Assembly: GCA_025786725.1 (NCBI GenBank)
Contig: JAHLTZ010000015.1
Span: forward strand, 62,001 to 126,000
Direction: 5' to 3'
Source: Syncephalis fuscata S228
Lineage: Eukaryota > Fungi > Zoopagomycota
Length of the DNA stretch: 64,000 nucleotides
Positions 1-16,449 of the stretch are shown here, piece by piece (positions within the stretch are counted from its first letter, which is position 1; each line of letters starts with the position of its first letter). Both the position numbers and the translations under genes were made by a program. The notes under the pieces were generated by a model. The model searched no databases and was not told the origin of the DNA. It saw only the letters and a list, made by a program, of their open reading frames with translations.

Positions 1-304
1 GAGGTCCACAGTCATGATGTTGCTGTGGTGGTGGCTGATATTGTTGTGGCGGAGGTTGATACTGCTGTGGTGGTGGTTGATATTGCTGTGGCGGAGGCTG
101 ATACTGTGGTGGTGGAGGCTGGTATTGTTGTGGTGGCGGATAAGAAGGATAACCTTGCTGGTAGCCCTGTTCTTTCTGGGCATAGAAAGCTGGGCGTGGA
201 TCCTCCCAGGTGCGGTATTGTGTAAGTGTATTGGTGAAGAAAAGACGCTGTTCACGGTCGTCGTACTGGCTGGTCCAGTCGGGTGGCAATGGGCGGCTTT
301 CCAT
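1..304 (-). CDS. WW-domain protein with Pro/Gln/Tyr-rich repeats (Wwm1-like); 3' end runs off the window
   Basis: Not in the ORF track (no stop in window). Manual translation from ATG at 304: MESRPLPPDWTSQYDDREQRLFFTNTLTQYRTWEDPRP..., matching the WW pattern LPxxW...FF.N..T..TW.DPR, followed by PPPQQYQ repeats. Confidence 0.8.
   Translation of the reverse strand, partial: MESRPLPPDWTSQYDDREQRLFFTNTLTQYRTWEDPRPAFYAQKEQGYQQGYPSYPPPQQYQPPPPQYQPPPQQYQPPPQQYQPPPQQYQPPPQQHHDCGP
20..137 (-). repeat. Coding tandem repeat of about 21 nt (PPPQQYQ, about 5 copies)
   Basis: Repeated tgtggtggtggctgatattgt-like units on the + strand. Confidence 0.8.
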
Positions 305-1119
305 GATAGAAACTAAGATAAAGACTCAAACAATAGAACAAGACGAAAAAATGAAGCAAAAAAGAAAGATGTAGATACGGCCGGCAACGGGACAGATGCT
401 GCTGCTTTAATAAGGCGGAAACGGTATGGCGTCGATATCATTGCTGCAATCGTCACATCCTGTATCTTTACAGCTAAATAAGATAAAAATAGATTGATGG
501 GGCACCAATAAATCACTATTCCTCCAATCTTGGCATTGTTCTAACTGATATTTATTTTTCCACACCTTGATCAAGATATACACGTGTCGCACTAGTCTAT
601 CAACGTATTATTTAGTCTATTGTTGCAATGGCTTACGTTTATTTTGTGTTTTATAATTTGTATAGTACTTTATATCTACTATACTAGCAAAAACCTTTCT
701 TTCATTATATTAAGTAGAATTAAAAATATATAAAACAAAACACGAATAAAACAAATGCTACCCCTTTAATTGTGATATTTTTTGCATGACCACGAGAACG
801 ACAACGGAGCAAAGTGCAAAAGAACTCAAACAGCAGAGAGATAAAGTTGTGCGTGGCAGTATCAATTATGCAAAATAATATACAATATACATTTATTAGT
901 GTGATAACACTAACATAAATAAATACATGAAATCTAAAGACTATTATAAATTACTGTTACAAACGCTGTATCCAGTAATAATTACGATTACGATGTTGAT
1001 GAATACGCCGTTTTTGTAATGCGTAGTGCTTTCATTCACTTTATTATATCTAAACAAAACATGCAAAGGCACCATTGATAAAGAATAACATATACATATA
1101 TTCATTGGTAGGCAAATAG

Positions 1120-1440
1120 CTACACTCTGCGTGTAAGAAGACCCAGTTCCGTCTCCTCTAGAATAAATTCGTCAAACGAATTGGCATATCGTGTTCGGTT
1201 TTCTTGTCGAAGCAGCTCTTCATTACTACCATGCTCGTCCTCATCACTAGCATAAGAGTTCCTACGAGCACGACGGGCATACTGTGCCCATAATTCTCTA
1301 CCAAAGCAAGTGCCACAGCATATGCACCACACTAGGGCAGACAGCAATATAAAGCCGCTAAGTAGTCCTACTAGTATCAGCGCTGTCATATCATCCGTTG
1401 TTAGGGGATGATTTTCATTTTTATCAGACGCTGGTGGCAT
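1120..1440 (-). CDS. Small single-pass membrane protein with juxtamembrane Cys cluster
   Basis: Intronless ORF MPPASDK...: TM helix LILVGLLSGFILLSALVW, then CICCGTC, basic RRARR and an acidic tail. Confidence 0.6.
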   Translation of the reverse strand: MPPASDKNENHPLTTDDMTALILVGLLSGFILLSALVWCICCGTCFGRELWAQYARRARRNSYASDEDEHGSNEELLRQENRTRYANSFDEFILEETELGLLTRRV

Positions 1441-1932
1441 GATAGCTTGCTTTATATAGATAGACAAAAAGACGGCAAAACCTATGTTGAAGATGGAAAA
1501 AAGACCTTAAGAACAACGGTCATTCAGCAAGTAAAAAGTAAAGAAGCAGAGCAATCTAAGAACCCAATTTGGTCGATGTACAAGAAATAGATTTAATTTT
1601 TTATTGTCATAATATAGTATTGTTTTTACAAGCAACTAATGCACAGCAGCTGCTATTGTGTGTTATACTACCCTTTCCGTCTTATGTTATCCAAGTTATG
1701 TAACAAACTGGGCGCTGTATGCTCGTTTAAACAAGCTTTGGATATAATAGTGTAAAGTAAATTTGTAGAATAAAGAAAATAAATACCCGCCCAAAAATAC
1801 ACTCTTCCCTGTTACACTACCAACAACATAGTCATATTCCTGTAACTGTATTTCCTTTTGTTAGCTGCTTACAATTCCGTTTATTGTTTCAATCAACACA
1901 ACAGCAACAACAATAACATATAGCTATTAATA

Positions 1933-2596
1933 ATGTCCTCTGGAATGCATGTCGATAATGAGCCAGCACCGGCTCCAGAGAATTGCTATAACCTTAGTTA
2001 TTTTAAAGGTTAGCAGTATTGAACTACGAAGGTCAATTAACCTAATTATATACGCGTCAATAGAATATATGAAGGAATTACGCCGAATAGATGATAATAT
2101 TATGTTGCGCATGAACACGACCAATACGTATTCAGAAGCATCTTGTGCTGACTTTTTCCATCAGTTGGCAACGGCATATCAGCGCCGAGAACGCGCTGTA
2201 ACTTATTGTCAAAATGTGCGTTTAACGCTATAATGGATTAATTGGCAATACTGACAAACAAATATATATGTGTGTGGGTGTATTGGTTTTGCTTTATATT
2301 TTTAGATTTTGGACGAAAAGCTTGACAAGACACGGCAAGAACTTACAGACGATCCAGACGATGTACGCGTCAAATCGCGCTTGTTTGCTGAGGAAACACA
2401 GGTAAATATAATATATACTATATACATATATTTCATTAGAAAGTAGGCTTATTGATTGTAGCGACGACTCGTTACAAATGAGCTTATTGTAGAGGATATT
2501 GTCCGGTCCCGGTCGATGAAGGTGTTTCGCGATCGTTGTCGAGCATTTCGTGTACCGAATGATTTTGAGGATTTTCTTGCGCATCGCTTTAAATAA
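1933..2596 (+). CDS. MIX23: Mix23/CCDC58 (Cid2 family) mitochondrial intermembrane-space protein, 4 exons
   Basis: Spliced product ENCYNLSYFK/EYMKELRRIDDNIMLRMN...SCADFFHQL...RRERAVTYC/.../NELIVEDIVRSRSMKVFRDRC has the family motifs R.IDD.I...N and ELxVExIV..RS...F..RC. Confidence 0.85.
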
Positions 2597-3881
2597 AATA
2601 AAAATACTAATAGCTATAGTTATTATGCTGCTATATAATCGTTGTTATTTTTTGTAAATATATTTAAAACAGTTTTTTTACTTGTTAGTAAAGACTTGCT
2701 TACCTAAATACTAGCAGCGTACACAAGCAGTAATACTAAGTCGTCAAACCTATAATTATACTAATTTTAATCATGTTTATAACATATTTGCAAATAAATG
2801 TAATCAACTAATTACTACCATGTATTACTACAATTTAGATAGGCATCATTGTGTTTTAAATAATAAAACTGTTAAACCCACTTGAATATATTTTGATAAT
2901 TAATTATATATATATTCATCCAGTTGACACATCTGCTTAGTTAACGTTTAATGATCGGAGGTAAAAATTAAACGGACATGAACATAGCAATCGTATTAAA
3001 TTCAATTTTGAAAACCATGCGCTTATTACTACAAGTATGAATAGTTGAATAGACACGACTAAATGTAGGTATGCTGTTAATACAGCAAAATCATTGATTA
3101 AAGGCTGAATGAACAGGGTATTGGCTAAAACTTGATATATATACATAGAATGCATTGAACTGGCAGAAATAGTCATGCTAGTGTCTTAGAAGCGCCGGCT
3201 ACCCTATATTTATATAACTACAGCGCATATCATTTAATCAGTGTATGAAATAATTGTATATAATGTCATCTACGTTGTATCAATACAAGTTATTAAACAA
3301 GCCCGGTAGATAACGTATGCCTAGCGTATAATTAATTAATATTAAACGTCGCTTACAAGCTATGAATGAGAATTCATTAAATGCACACAGTGTGTATCAT
3401 GTACTTGGTGCATAGTTGCTAAATACACAATGTTATCTAAGAAAGCCTTTTATATTTAAAATATTATTACTTTTTTCAGTACGAATTAATTATTATGCAA
3501 ATTGCTAGTAAGCTGTATCTTATGTTTTATGCCAAGATTAATTACAACAGTTAAATATCAAATACATATATTTGGTTCAAAGGCCAAATCAGATTTGGCT
3601 TTTGATAATAGATTTACGTCCGTCATATTCATAGAAGAAAACTAAATATTGGCAAGGATAAAATGCGTTCCGGTGCTTTAATCAAATACTGGTTTTTGGC
3701 CTAAGTGTTTGCTGCACAAGCCTTGTAGGCGTTGCACCATGACTAAACTCGCCATAATATTTAAATAACGAGGTAGCAAGTCAAATATGATACGTCATTT
3801 AAACATCTCCACTTTTCATACTATCCAATATCGTACTGACATAGCTTGTTCCTATATTCTATTCAAGTTTTATTTATCACT

Positions 3882-5139
3882 ATGACACTTCCTACCGTCA
3901 CTCAAGGTGTTTGTCAAGTGGCTGCCAATCGTGGCGCTTGTCCATTGAATATATCATATGAACTATATGGCACTGGAACACAGCGAGCAATCTTTGTCAT
4001 GGGTATGGCATCAATAATACTACTTGTGATAAGTAAAAATGGTAAACAACATCTGCTAATAAAAAACAATAGGTTTAGGTGCTATTGGTAAATCATGGTT
4101 ACCACAAGCACAATTTTTACCACAGCACGATTTTCAAGTATGCATATTTGACAATCGCGGCGTAGGTAGCTCCGGTAAGTAGTCTGTATAAGTAATTGAA
4201 TCGAATAGCTAATTTCTTTTAAATGACTAGATGTTCCTGATGAGCCTTTTACGTAAGTATTGCATAGATATTGAAATATACATTTTATCTGATTCTTTAT
4301 TATAACACAGTATTGGTGACATGGTAATGGACACCATCGAACTGCTTGACCATCTAGGATGGACATCTGATGTACATCTTATTGGAGCCAGTATGGGTGG
4401 ACTTATTTCACAAGGATTGGCCAGCGAGTATCCACAATACTTTAAATCTGTGTGCCTAACAAGCACTTTTCGCACTATTGAAGATCCAGATGTAATTAAA
4501 GCAGCCATAAAATATTGGTGATTTGCTGCTTTGTATAAACCATGCTGATTCAAGATATTAGAACTTAGATATAAAGGAGCGTTTGAAATATGCAGCACAG
4601 CTAGATCCAGTAACACGTTTTAAACAGGGTCAAGAATTGATCTATCCTGTCGTAAGCTGCTAATGTATAATGAAAAAATAGCTCAATACTAATTACATTT
4701 AGCAATGGCTAGATTCTTCATCAAGAATGGATCCTACCAAAAATAATCGAGAGCTTTTACTAGAGGTACTTAATATGCAGTGCTATTTACTAGTTGTAAT
4801 ATTAACAGTTAATACATAATATTTATTCAGATGGTGCTTTCAATTGATCCAAATGACTATGCCAAGATAAACAAAGGTTACGAGAGGCAGGTTGATGCTA
4901 TCACTATTCCTTACATGACTGAGGAAAAACTAATCAAGATTCGAGATAGCAATCTAAAGGTGCTCATTTGTACAGGAGACATAGATTATCTTGTTGCACC
5001 TTCCAACTCTGAAGATCTTGCCAATATCTTACAAGCACCGCTAAAAGTGTTTAGAGGCTGCGGCCATTGCATTCATGCGGAGAAGCCGGACGAATACAAT
5101 GAGGCCATTTTGGAATTTATTCGCAGTTCATCAAGCTAA
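3882..5139 (+). CDS. Alpha/beta-fold hydrolase, multi-exon
   Basis: FDNRGVGSS motif, nucleophile elbow GASMGG, acid in TGDIDYLV and catalytic His in GCGH. Confidence 0.85.
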
Positions 5140-5245
5140 AGTTCGCTCATTATTGCACTTAATATATGGTGAAATAATTGAATAAACATTACTCGTTAAA
5201 AATATTCAACATTATAGTGTGTATATTTATTTAACTGTTTGTTTT

Positions 5246-7101
5246 CTATCGAGCAAGTGTCTGTTCAGCCAATTGCTCTTCAATCTTGTTTGCTTCAATC
5301 ACTTCAGCGCGCGATTTTGCTAATTCACGCATTACTCGGCGAAGAATTTTACCCGATGCCGAGCGAGGAATCTCAGGCACAAACTCAATACCGCCTCGTA
5401 ATTTTTTATAAGGCGCGGAACGAGTAGCCGCAAACTCAATCAAATCCGTATCTTTAATTTGATCAGCGTATTCGGATTTAAGCGAAACAAAAGCCATCAG
5501 CAACTCGGTGGCCCGTTCCGGGCAATGATAGCCAACAACACAGGCGTCGGACACCGCTTCATGCACCTGAAGAATTTCCTCGATTTCCGCAGGAGCCACT
5601 TGAAACGCGTTGTATTTGATAAATTCCTTAAGGCGATCTACAATGAAAAAGTGGCCTCTTTCATCGGCGTAGACAACATCACCCGTGTGCAAAAAGCCAT
5701 CTTCATCAATGCAGGCTGCAGTAGCATCAGGACGATTCAAATAGCCTTTCATGATGTTTGGTCCCGAAAGGCACAATTCACCTCGTTGACCATATGACAA
5801 AGCTAATCATTCATATAACTAGTTATTTAATAAATAATGACTATATAAACACCTAATTACCATTTCCATCTTCATCGATGATTTTTGCCGTCATATTTGG
5901 AAAAAGACGTCCAATACTGCCTTCGATTAATTCGGAAACCGGTACCGAATGTGAAAGCGGTGCCACTTCAGTCATTCCGTATCCTTCACGTATCGTGACA
6001 TTCAATCGCTTTTTTAAAACATTTGCTAAATCTGCACCGAGTGGTGCAGCAGCAGAGAATACTTCGCGTAAACTTGATATGTCATATTTATCAACCAGCG
6101 GATGTTTAGATAATGCTAAACAAACAGGTGGAACAATATAAGCCATAGTAATCTTGTATTGCTCTGTGAGTTGTAGAAATTTTTCAAAATCATAACGTGG
6201 CATAATAACTGCCAGTGAGCGACGTGTCACAGTACTGAGTAGGATAGGACCGAGTGCGTACATGTGGAAAAACGGTAGGAATATAATGTAGCGACCATTA
6301 TCCGGGTGCATAGCCCATGATTCCTTTTCTATTTCTGAATACTGATGCATGTTGGACACGATGTTGTAATGTGTAAGCAGCACACCTTTTGGTTTGCCTA
6401 AATAAAGTGCGAGTTAGCTAAATTCTAATATATCATACACATAGCTGACCTGTTGTACCAGACGAATAGCATATCAATCCAGGCATTTCTTTAACTTCAT
6501 CTTCACTCAGACGTACTGCTTCCATTTCCTCATACGTTTCTATTAGACTATGTATCGATGGATGTCCTTCAAACGGTAGATCGGCCAAGTTTCCTTTGTG
6601 GATACCAGATATAATAACATTTTCTGGCAAAATACCCGCCTTGGCCGCTGCCTCTTTACCTTTGGCGGCAAGCGAACGGTCGACAAAAATGATGGTAGCC
6701 TCAGAGTCGTGTAGTTGGTGCACCACTTCATCAACTGTATAATAAGAGCTAATGGTAGTGACGGTAAGACCGGCGGCCAATATACCAAATACCATAATCG
6801 GATAATCAAACTGTTACATTCAAATTAATTCTAAAGTGTATTATTCGTTTTTTACACCTACATCATTAAACGAGTAAATTGCCACCCTTTGACCGCGCTT
6901 TACATTATATTTCGTATGTAGCGCATTGGCCAGACGTTTGCTCTTTTTATGTACATCAGATACGGTCATTTTTCGATGATTTTCACCATCAACAAAAATT
7001 ACTTTGTCGACATCTTTTTGACGTCCATCGGTTTCAAATAAAAAATGAAAAATATCTACCTGTGGAAGCAGAATATCAGGATATAATGAACGATGCAACA
7101 T
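5246..7101 (-). CDS. 4-coumarate-CoA ligase/luciferase-like acyl-CoA synthetase (ANL superfamily), 4 exons
   Basis: YSSGTTG/KPKGV P-loop, LPFFHMY, GYGMTE, GELC, LHTGD, DRLKEFIKY and PRSASGKILRR motifs. Confidence 0.92.
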
Positions 7102-7419
7102 GTTGATACAAAAATAAAGCAAAGAAATAGTAGCAATAAAGAATAGCACAAGTAACACGATAATGCACAGCTAATTTATTACATATTGAATGATGTTAAA
7201 AATAAAGGCCTTTCTCATTCATGCAACTATGGTTACACTTATTACGCATGTGTCGATAAGAAAAATATTATTATGACTATTTGATTAATGTGAAAAACAA
7301 AAAATAGGCGACTGTAAACCGGTTGAACGCGTCAGCCTCAAATGGCACGGCAAACATAGACAAAAAACATATAACTATCATCATTGCTACGACGATATAA
7401 TTATCTATACAAAGACCAC

Positions 7420-9378
7420 TTAGATAAGTGGACGAATTACCATGCCATCAAGCATTTGTTGTAGTAGTGCTTCATTGCGAAAGGCCAGTCGGATATCGTC
7501 TGGTTGGGCGTTAAGTTGAATACGCTGCGTTCGTTCCTCTTGCAAGTGTCGCTTTCCAAACGTCACAAGTCCATTAGATGCTTCCAACATACCAAGCAGA
7601 TCGTAGAATTCGGAACGAGTCACTGGAGTAATTGCCTTTTGCGATTGACATAGTGATAAATAGGCATCGAATAGCTGAATAATTTAAAAGGTGGTTAGTG
7701 TGTTAATCTAGTTACAATAGATAAACTTACCTGACCAACGGTAGCATCTCGACGACGATGTGCCTCACTAAGTCGTAAAAAGGCTCCCAGAACTAATTTT
7801 TGTTGAAATCCAATGGTACGTATCACTTGTACGGATGCCGAGCCAAATACGCCCGATAGCACTTTGAGCATATGGGACACCGTTACTGATGGTCGCGGCT
7901 CAGCAAGTGGTGCTGATACTGATACTGGTGCCGATACTGAAGGCTGAGGTGTTGCAATAGCCTTAAGAGGAGTGCTACTTTTAGTGCTAGCACTAGATTG
8001 GGCCGCACGTTGTTTTGTCATATAGTCATGTTCAGCTAGTTCAATCGCTTGGCGGAAAACGTCCATAGCTTTGCGTAGATCTCCCGTGGCGGATGCAACC
8101 TTACGAGCACATAATTCAATGGCTGTTCGTTGAATTAATAAAGATTTATCACTTTTCTCAGTGGCCGTTTTATCAGTTGACTGAGTCGCTTCTTGTAGGC
8201 GTTCATTCAAAATGCCAATAATATCATTGACAGAATAAGGATTGAAGTTTAGTAATTGTGGTTCACCTAATCAGCCATTAATAAATATAACGTAGTATTA
8301 TCAATTTTATAATACATACAGTTTTTGGCACATAATAAAGGCAAAAACCTTTCTGTAAGATCCAAGGCATTAGCAATACCCACCAATACTAAATGCGCAT
8401 TTGGTTGGGCTGCCCATTCGAATAGTCGATATAAAACATTTTGATCCTTTGTCAGTAGATGATCAATTTCATCTAATATAACAACACTAATAAAGTGATT
8501 AATACATGATAAGTATGGCAATAAAATTGTTATAGCTACTTACATTAGTGTTTTGCGACGTTCACCTAGTACAATTTGGCGCATTGCTTGAACTGGGTCA
8601 TCCAAAGAAATGCCATTGCCAACACAGCTATTTGGTAATGATTCTAGCAATCGACGATAAACATCTTTTGGATCCACTAGAGACATACAATTAAGATAGA
8701 TTTTGCGCATTCCTTGTTGTTTTGTAGTCGTTGTCATTTCTTGGTCCATTTCTTTTACAATTTCCGTCAATAGCGCTGTCTTGCCAGTGCCCGGTTGTCC
8801 AGAGATGTAAAGTGCACCTGGTTTATTTTCATGCACGTGTGTCGCCAAAAAGTTTGGATTTTTTGACGTTCTTCAACACGTCCAATAATCTTTGTTGCAG
8901 CCACAGATCGTGTTAACACTTGTTTTGCTGCGTAAAATGGGCTAACTGGTGCGGTAACGCGTTTTTCTCCTACTATAATAAATTAATATAATCAGTTAAT
9001 ACAATCAATAAATATTAATATTATTAATAATAAATTACCTAATGGCTTATTTTCCGTTTGTTTTGTTAGTAATTCCAGCTCTTTTTTTACTAATGGTTCT
9101 TTTTTATTACTGTTGTTATTAATGCTGTTGCTGTTACTAGTTGGCATTTCGACGCATGCCACACCTGTTGCTACATTTTCCTTATTGACACTTTGATGAC
9201 GACGTGGCAAACATACTTTAAGCGCTGCTTTATCTGTCTTTACCGTCACAGTAACCGTGTTATGCTGCATACGGTTGGTTGAACGAACACCTAGCGGGGT
9301 CACTGCCGGCTTCTGAGCAATAGATCGAGCGCGTTGACGCGTCAATCGCAGCGCTGTCGGTGTTTCAATAGGTGGCAT
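7420..9378 (-). CDS. CDC6: Cell division control protein Cdc6/Cdc18 (AAA+ replication licensing ATPase); apparent 1-nt frameshift near 8849
   Basis: Walker A LYISGQPGTGKT, YLNCMSL, Walker B ILDEIDHL, GIANALDLTERFLP, ARKVASATGDLRKA and a C-terminal winged helix. Confidence 0.93.
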
Positions 9379-9718
9379 AGTGTATCTGGTGTATTCCGCG
9401 GGAATAGATCGTAAACGCGTAAGCAACGGCCCCTTATACAACTAACAAGATAATACGCTGCAATCCAGGTAAAAGCAAAAGAATAATGACAGGTAGACTT
9501 TGATAGGATACAGTAGGATCGTAAGATGAAGAAGCAGTAGTGTGAAAAAAGGACAGAAAAGAAGAGACTGACAAAACGCGAATAATTCGCTCTGTTGTCA
9601 TTTGTACACCAAACAAATACGCGCGTATCTTTCCACACAAACAATTAGTTGATTTAGAGTTAAAATAAAACAACAATTAAAAAGAAATATCAATGCAAAA
9701 CAACCAAATAATACAGCT

Positions 9719-12817
<3,099 letters not shown>

Positions 12818-13096
12818 ACTGAATGAGATCTACGTGTTATGTGTATGGGCTATCGTAAAAAGCGGGATTAAAAAGAAAAAAAAAGAAAAATTAAAAGTTT
12901 TGTGCCAGGTGATTAAAATGTGTGTACAATTATAAATAATGTTATAGCTCTATAACTAATTGATATCACAAACATGCTACAACGCCAAGTGTATTAAATT
13001 TATAAAATAGACTATTGTAATAATAGTTAACGTTATTTATTGTATTTATATTTACATCCAAATATTTGTATTTATTCTCTTTCACTTATATTGGAT

Positions 13097-14372
13097 CTAT
13101 ATATTAAGTAACCATTTCATGTGATCATACACTGTAAACGAGACTGCCACCATGGGTGTCACTTTGATGTAGCCAATACTTAGTCCGACAAAAAAGCCGC
13201 GGAAGCCACGGGCTGTCCATATTCCACGAGCAACACTCAGAGCGCTAGGTGTCGAGCCGGGATGTTGCACACCAAACACTTGAAGTCGTCGTCGAATTAC
13301 CTCAGTGGATAGGAGACTGTCTGAGCCGTGGCACCGGCCAAGCCACCACATAGCAGTTCTGCCCATACACGCAATGGCACACGTTCTTGCTTAGACTTTT
13401 CAACGGTCGTATCAGTGGATGGTGATATCAACGGGGACTGTGTGGTAAACGAAGCAAATCGAGTTCGGCACAAGTCAAGCAAGGCTGAATGCGTACAAAA
13501 AGAAACGCCAGCATATGGAATCATACCCGTAACGGTCATGAAGAATCCTCGATAAAAAGCCGATATCGATGCAGGCCATATTGATCGGCGACCATTTGGA
13601 TCGCCCATTGTTTTACTTTCCTGTAGAATCTCTCGACAGGTGGATAATATACCATGCCGACTGCCAGTATCTACACTATAGGCCATACGCACACGTACCA
13701 ACTCGGTTGGATAGGTAAATGCTACCGAAGTTATGCCTATTCCAAATAAAATCATTATTACACATTAAAGCCAACATTTATTTCCATTAATCATTATAAT
13801 TACCTGCAAATGAACCTGCCCAAAATCGGCGGAATGCAGTTTCGTCGTTTCGTGTGGGCATTAGCCACTAACAAAAATAGTTTGTGCTTATTAATACTAA
13901 ATCTGCTAACACAGCAATAATACCTACACCATGATATTGCTCATAGGCCATAAATTTGATGGCAGCATATGGAAATATACGTAATAGCGTTGCAGCATGG
14001 CCTTGAAATAAGCCGCGTACACCATTATGCTGCCAGATATCTCGAGTAGCGCCCCATAATCCACGCATCGATCCTACAGCGGAAATAGCACACCCAGTTA
14101 ATATACAACCAATACGCAAGTATTCATTCGCTTCATTACCTGCATACTGCGCAAAATGAGCATTATTTGTTTGAAATAAAATCTTAACTCGGTCCAGTGG
14201 CGCAATAAGTGTTTTAGCTATATGAAGGAATGTAAATAGTCGATTCATCGCCAAATTGCTGTTCTTTTTCAATGCAACGGCATAACTACGTACCGGCACA
14301 ACCGGCAATACCGCCGGCTATAAAAGATTTAACCACATAGTCGGGCGAACCGCGACGTGTACCAGAACCCAT
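13097..14372 (-). CDS. LEU5: Mitochondrial carrier, CoA transporter Leu5/SLC25A16-42 type; apparent 1-nt frameshift near 13303
   Basis: Three carrier signatures [22 protein letters not shown] and YPL[E]VIRRRLQV, plus [22 protein letters not shown] and [11 protein letters not shown]. Confidence 0.88.
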
Positions 14373-14577
14373 ACCAGCAACGGTAGTAACAACAGTAGCC
14401 ACTCAACTACTACAATGTCAACGCTTGCACGCGACAGTTGTACTAAAATGAAAAGAAGCGGAAAATAGTGAGAAACGCCGACCACTAATAATAACTAATG
14501 CACGTGTGTTTAAATTAAAGCTTGGCCGCTTTATTACTAATATCAAGTCATTAATATTACTACTGCTATCGATGTAA

Positions 14578-16114
14578 CTAAAGTTCATCACGTTCCTCGT
14601 CATTTTCAGTCTTTGTATTCGACTTGAAGTGACGAAGAATGTTTTGACGAATAGTGAAAAAGTCGATTTTATCATCGGCAATATTGCCAGCATGTACCAC
14701 GTTGGTAAGACGCTGCAATTCTTTTGCGGCATAATCCGGCACTTTCTGGATCTTGTTCATCACTTTAATGTAATAGCCGGCCGCCCTACACATGTACTAG
14801 TTAAGTAACCAACCATCCATTTAAGACCGTAGCACTTACTTTGAAGTTATGGTATCGGCCAATTTCGTTGCCTCTTCAATGATTGCTGATTGGTCATCCT
14901 TAAGCGTCGCGACAAACTGTTTTACCAATGCATCCAAAGATTCAATACGACCCGCCTACAAAGTATAAATTAATAATGTGAATGTTTCAGTTATTGCGAT
15001 AACCTACATGTTCACCAAGCCCACCGCCTACACGACGATCTGTGTTGGATTGTTCGTTAATAAAGCTAACAAATGCCTGTTCACTACGATCGCCACTGTA
15101 GTCCATAGGCAACTTGGAGCGACCTGGTCGTGTTGCCTTGAAAAACTTGATGGTTGGATATCCAGAGATGCCGTAGCGTTTGGCAACGTTAGCATGCTCA
15201 ACAGCATCTAGTGCGCCAATAACCACCTGTTATAATAAACAATTAACTACTATTTATAATTACAAATAATAAATAACTACTTACGTTTTCTTCTCTGATA
15301 AAATCAGCTGCCACTTTCTCATAGGTAGGTGCTATATTAAATATTACGTTTAATCATTTACTACTTTGCTAAGTTGCTATCTTAATTACCTAATTCCTTG
15401 CAATGACCACACCATGGCGCATAAAACTCGACCAAAACATTTTTTGTACGATCCATGACTATTTCATCAAAGTTGGCAGCAGTTAAGGTTACAACATGCG
15501 ATGGCGTCTTCTTGACCTTGGATTTAACGCCTAAATTGATATTAGCAACTTGTCTAGCAATACAATAATTGTATCTACCTGACTTTTTGCTTATAAAGTC
15601 GGATAGATCATCAAGAGACCGGTCGCCTTCGTATTCATCGGGACTATCAACATCTCCACCTTTACCAAACCACTTGAGTACAGGAAATCCTTGAATACCA
15701 AATCGATTGCCTAGCGAGCGATGCTCGTCAGCATCTAACTTGGCGATAACTACTTTGTCTTTAGCATGTTGATACGCGGTCGCTAGTTCATCAAAAACCT
15801 AATAGCGTTATAGTTATTATTGGTCATCATACTCTTCATTTTACTAAAAAGACTTACTGGAGCTAGTCTTTTGCAATGACCACACCATGGAGCATAGAAT
15901 TTTACAAGTACATCCTTGCTTCCATTGACAATCTATAGTTATAGTATAACGAGTAAATACATATTGATTGTAATTAACCAAGTCTTTTTACTTTATCAAA
16001 ATTATCTGGCGTCAATACCACAGTATGTCCTTCTTCTTCACTGGCTGTGGCTGTATACGCTGAATATAGCGCAACACCCAGTGTTATGACTGTACGAAAT
16101 ATACTATATTTCAT
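14578..16114 (-). CDS. Protein disulfide isomerase, Erp38/TigA type (two thioredoxin domains + ERp29-like C-terminal domain)
   Basis: Signal peptide [22 protein letters not shown], two [10 protein letters not shown] motifs, helical C-terminal domain (YYIKVM..I...PDY..KELQRL) and C-terminal RDEL. Confidence 0.92.
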
Positions 16115-16449
16115 AGTACTAAGCAAGCTTATTGAATATGAGCAATTGGTGGGAAGTGTACGGAATAAGTTGGAAATTGGTGACGAATCTGTGTTAGTGT
16201 GTAATAAACTAAATAGTACACTTACTATTGTACTACTACTACAGATGATCTAAACAAATAACAATTGCACACGTAGCTTGATTACAACAGACCAACAATA
16301 TAAAGATATATATTAATAAATAGTATACTGCCACAATCCTTTTAAAAAAGATATATAAATTAATAGTTAAATAAATGTAATAAAATAGATTGTTTATTGT
16401 TATTAAAACGAATAATATCTTTATTTAGCCAATTGTATCGTACATTTTA

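Noticed and set aside
14-316. 100-aa Trp/Leu-rich + strand ORF (LLWWWLILLWRRL repeats)
   Set aside because: Antisense shadow of the PPPQQYQ repeat in the minus-strand WW gene.
13097-13366. Separate 89-aa gene or programmed frameshift in the mitochondrial carrier
   Set aside because: It is the third carrier repeat of the same gene. One added G restores YPLEVIRRR and there is no slippery heptamer.
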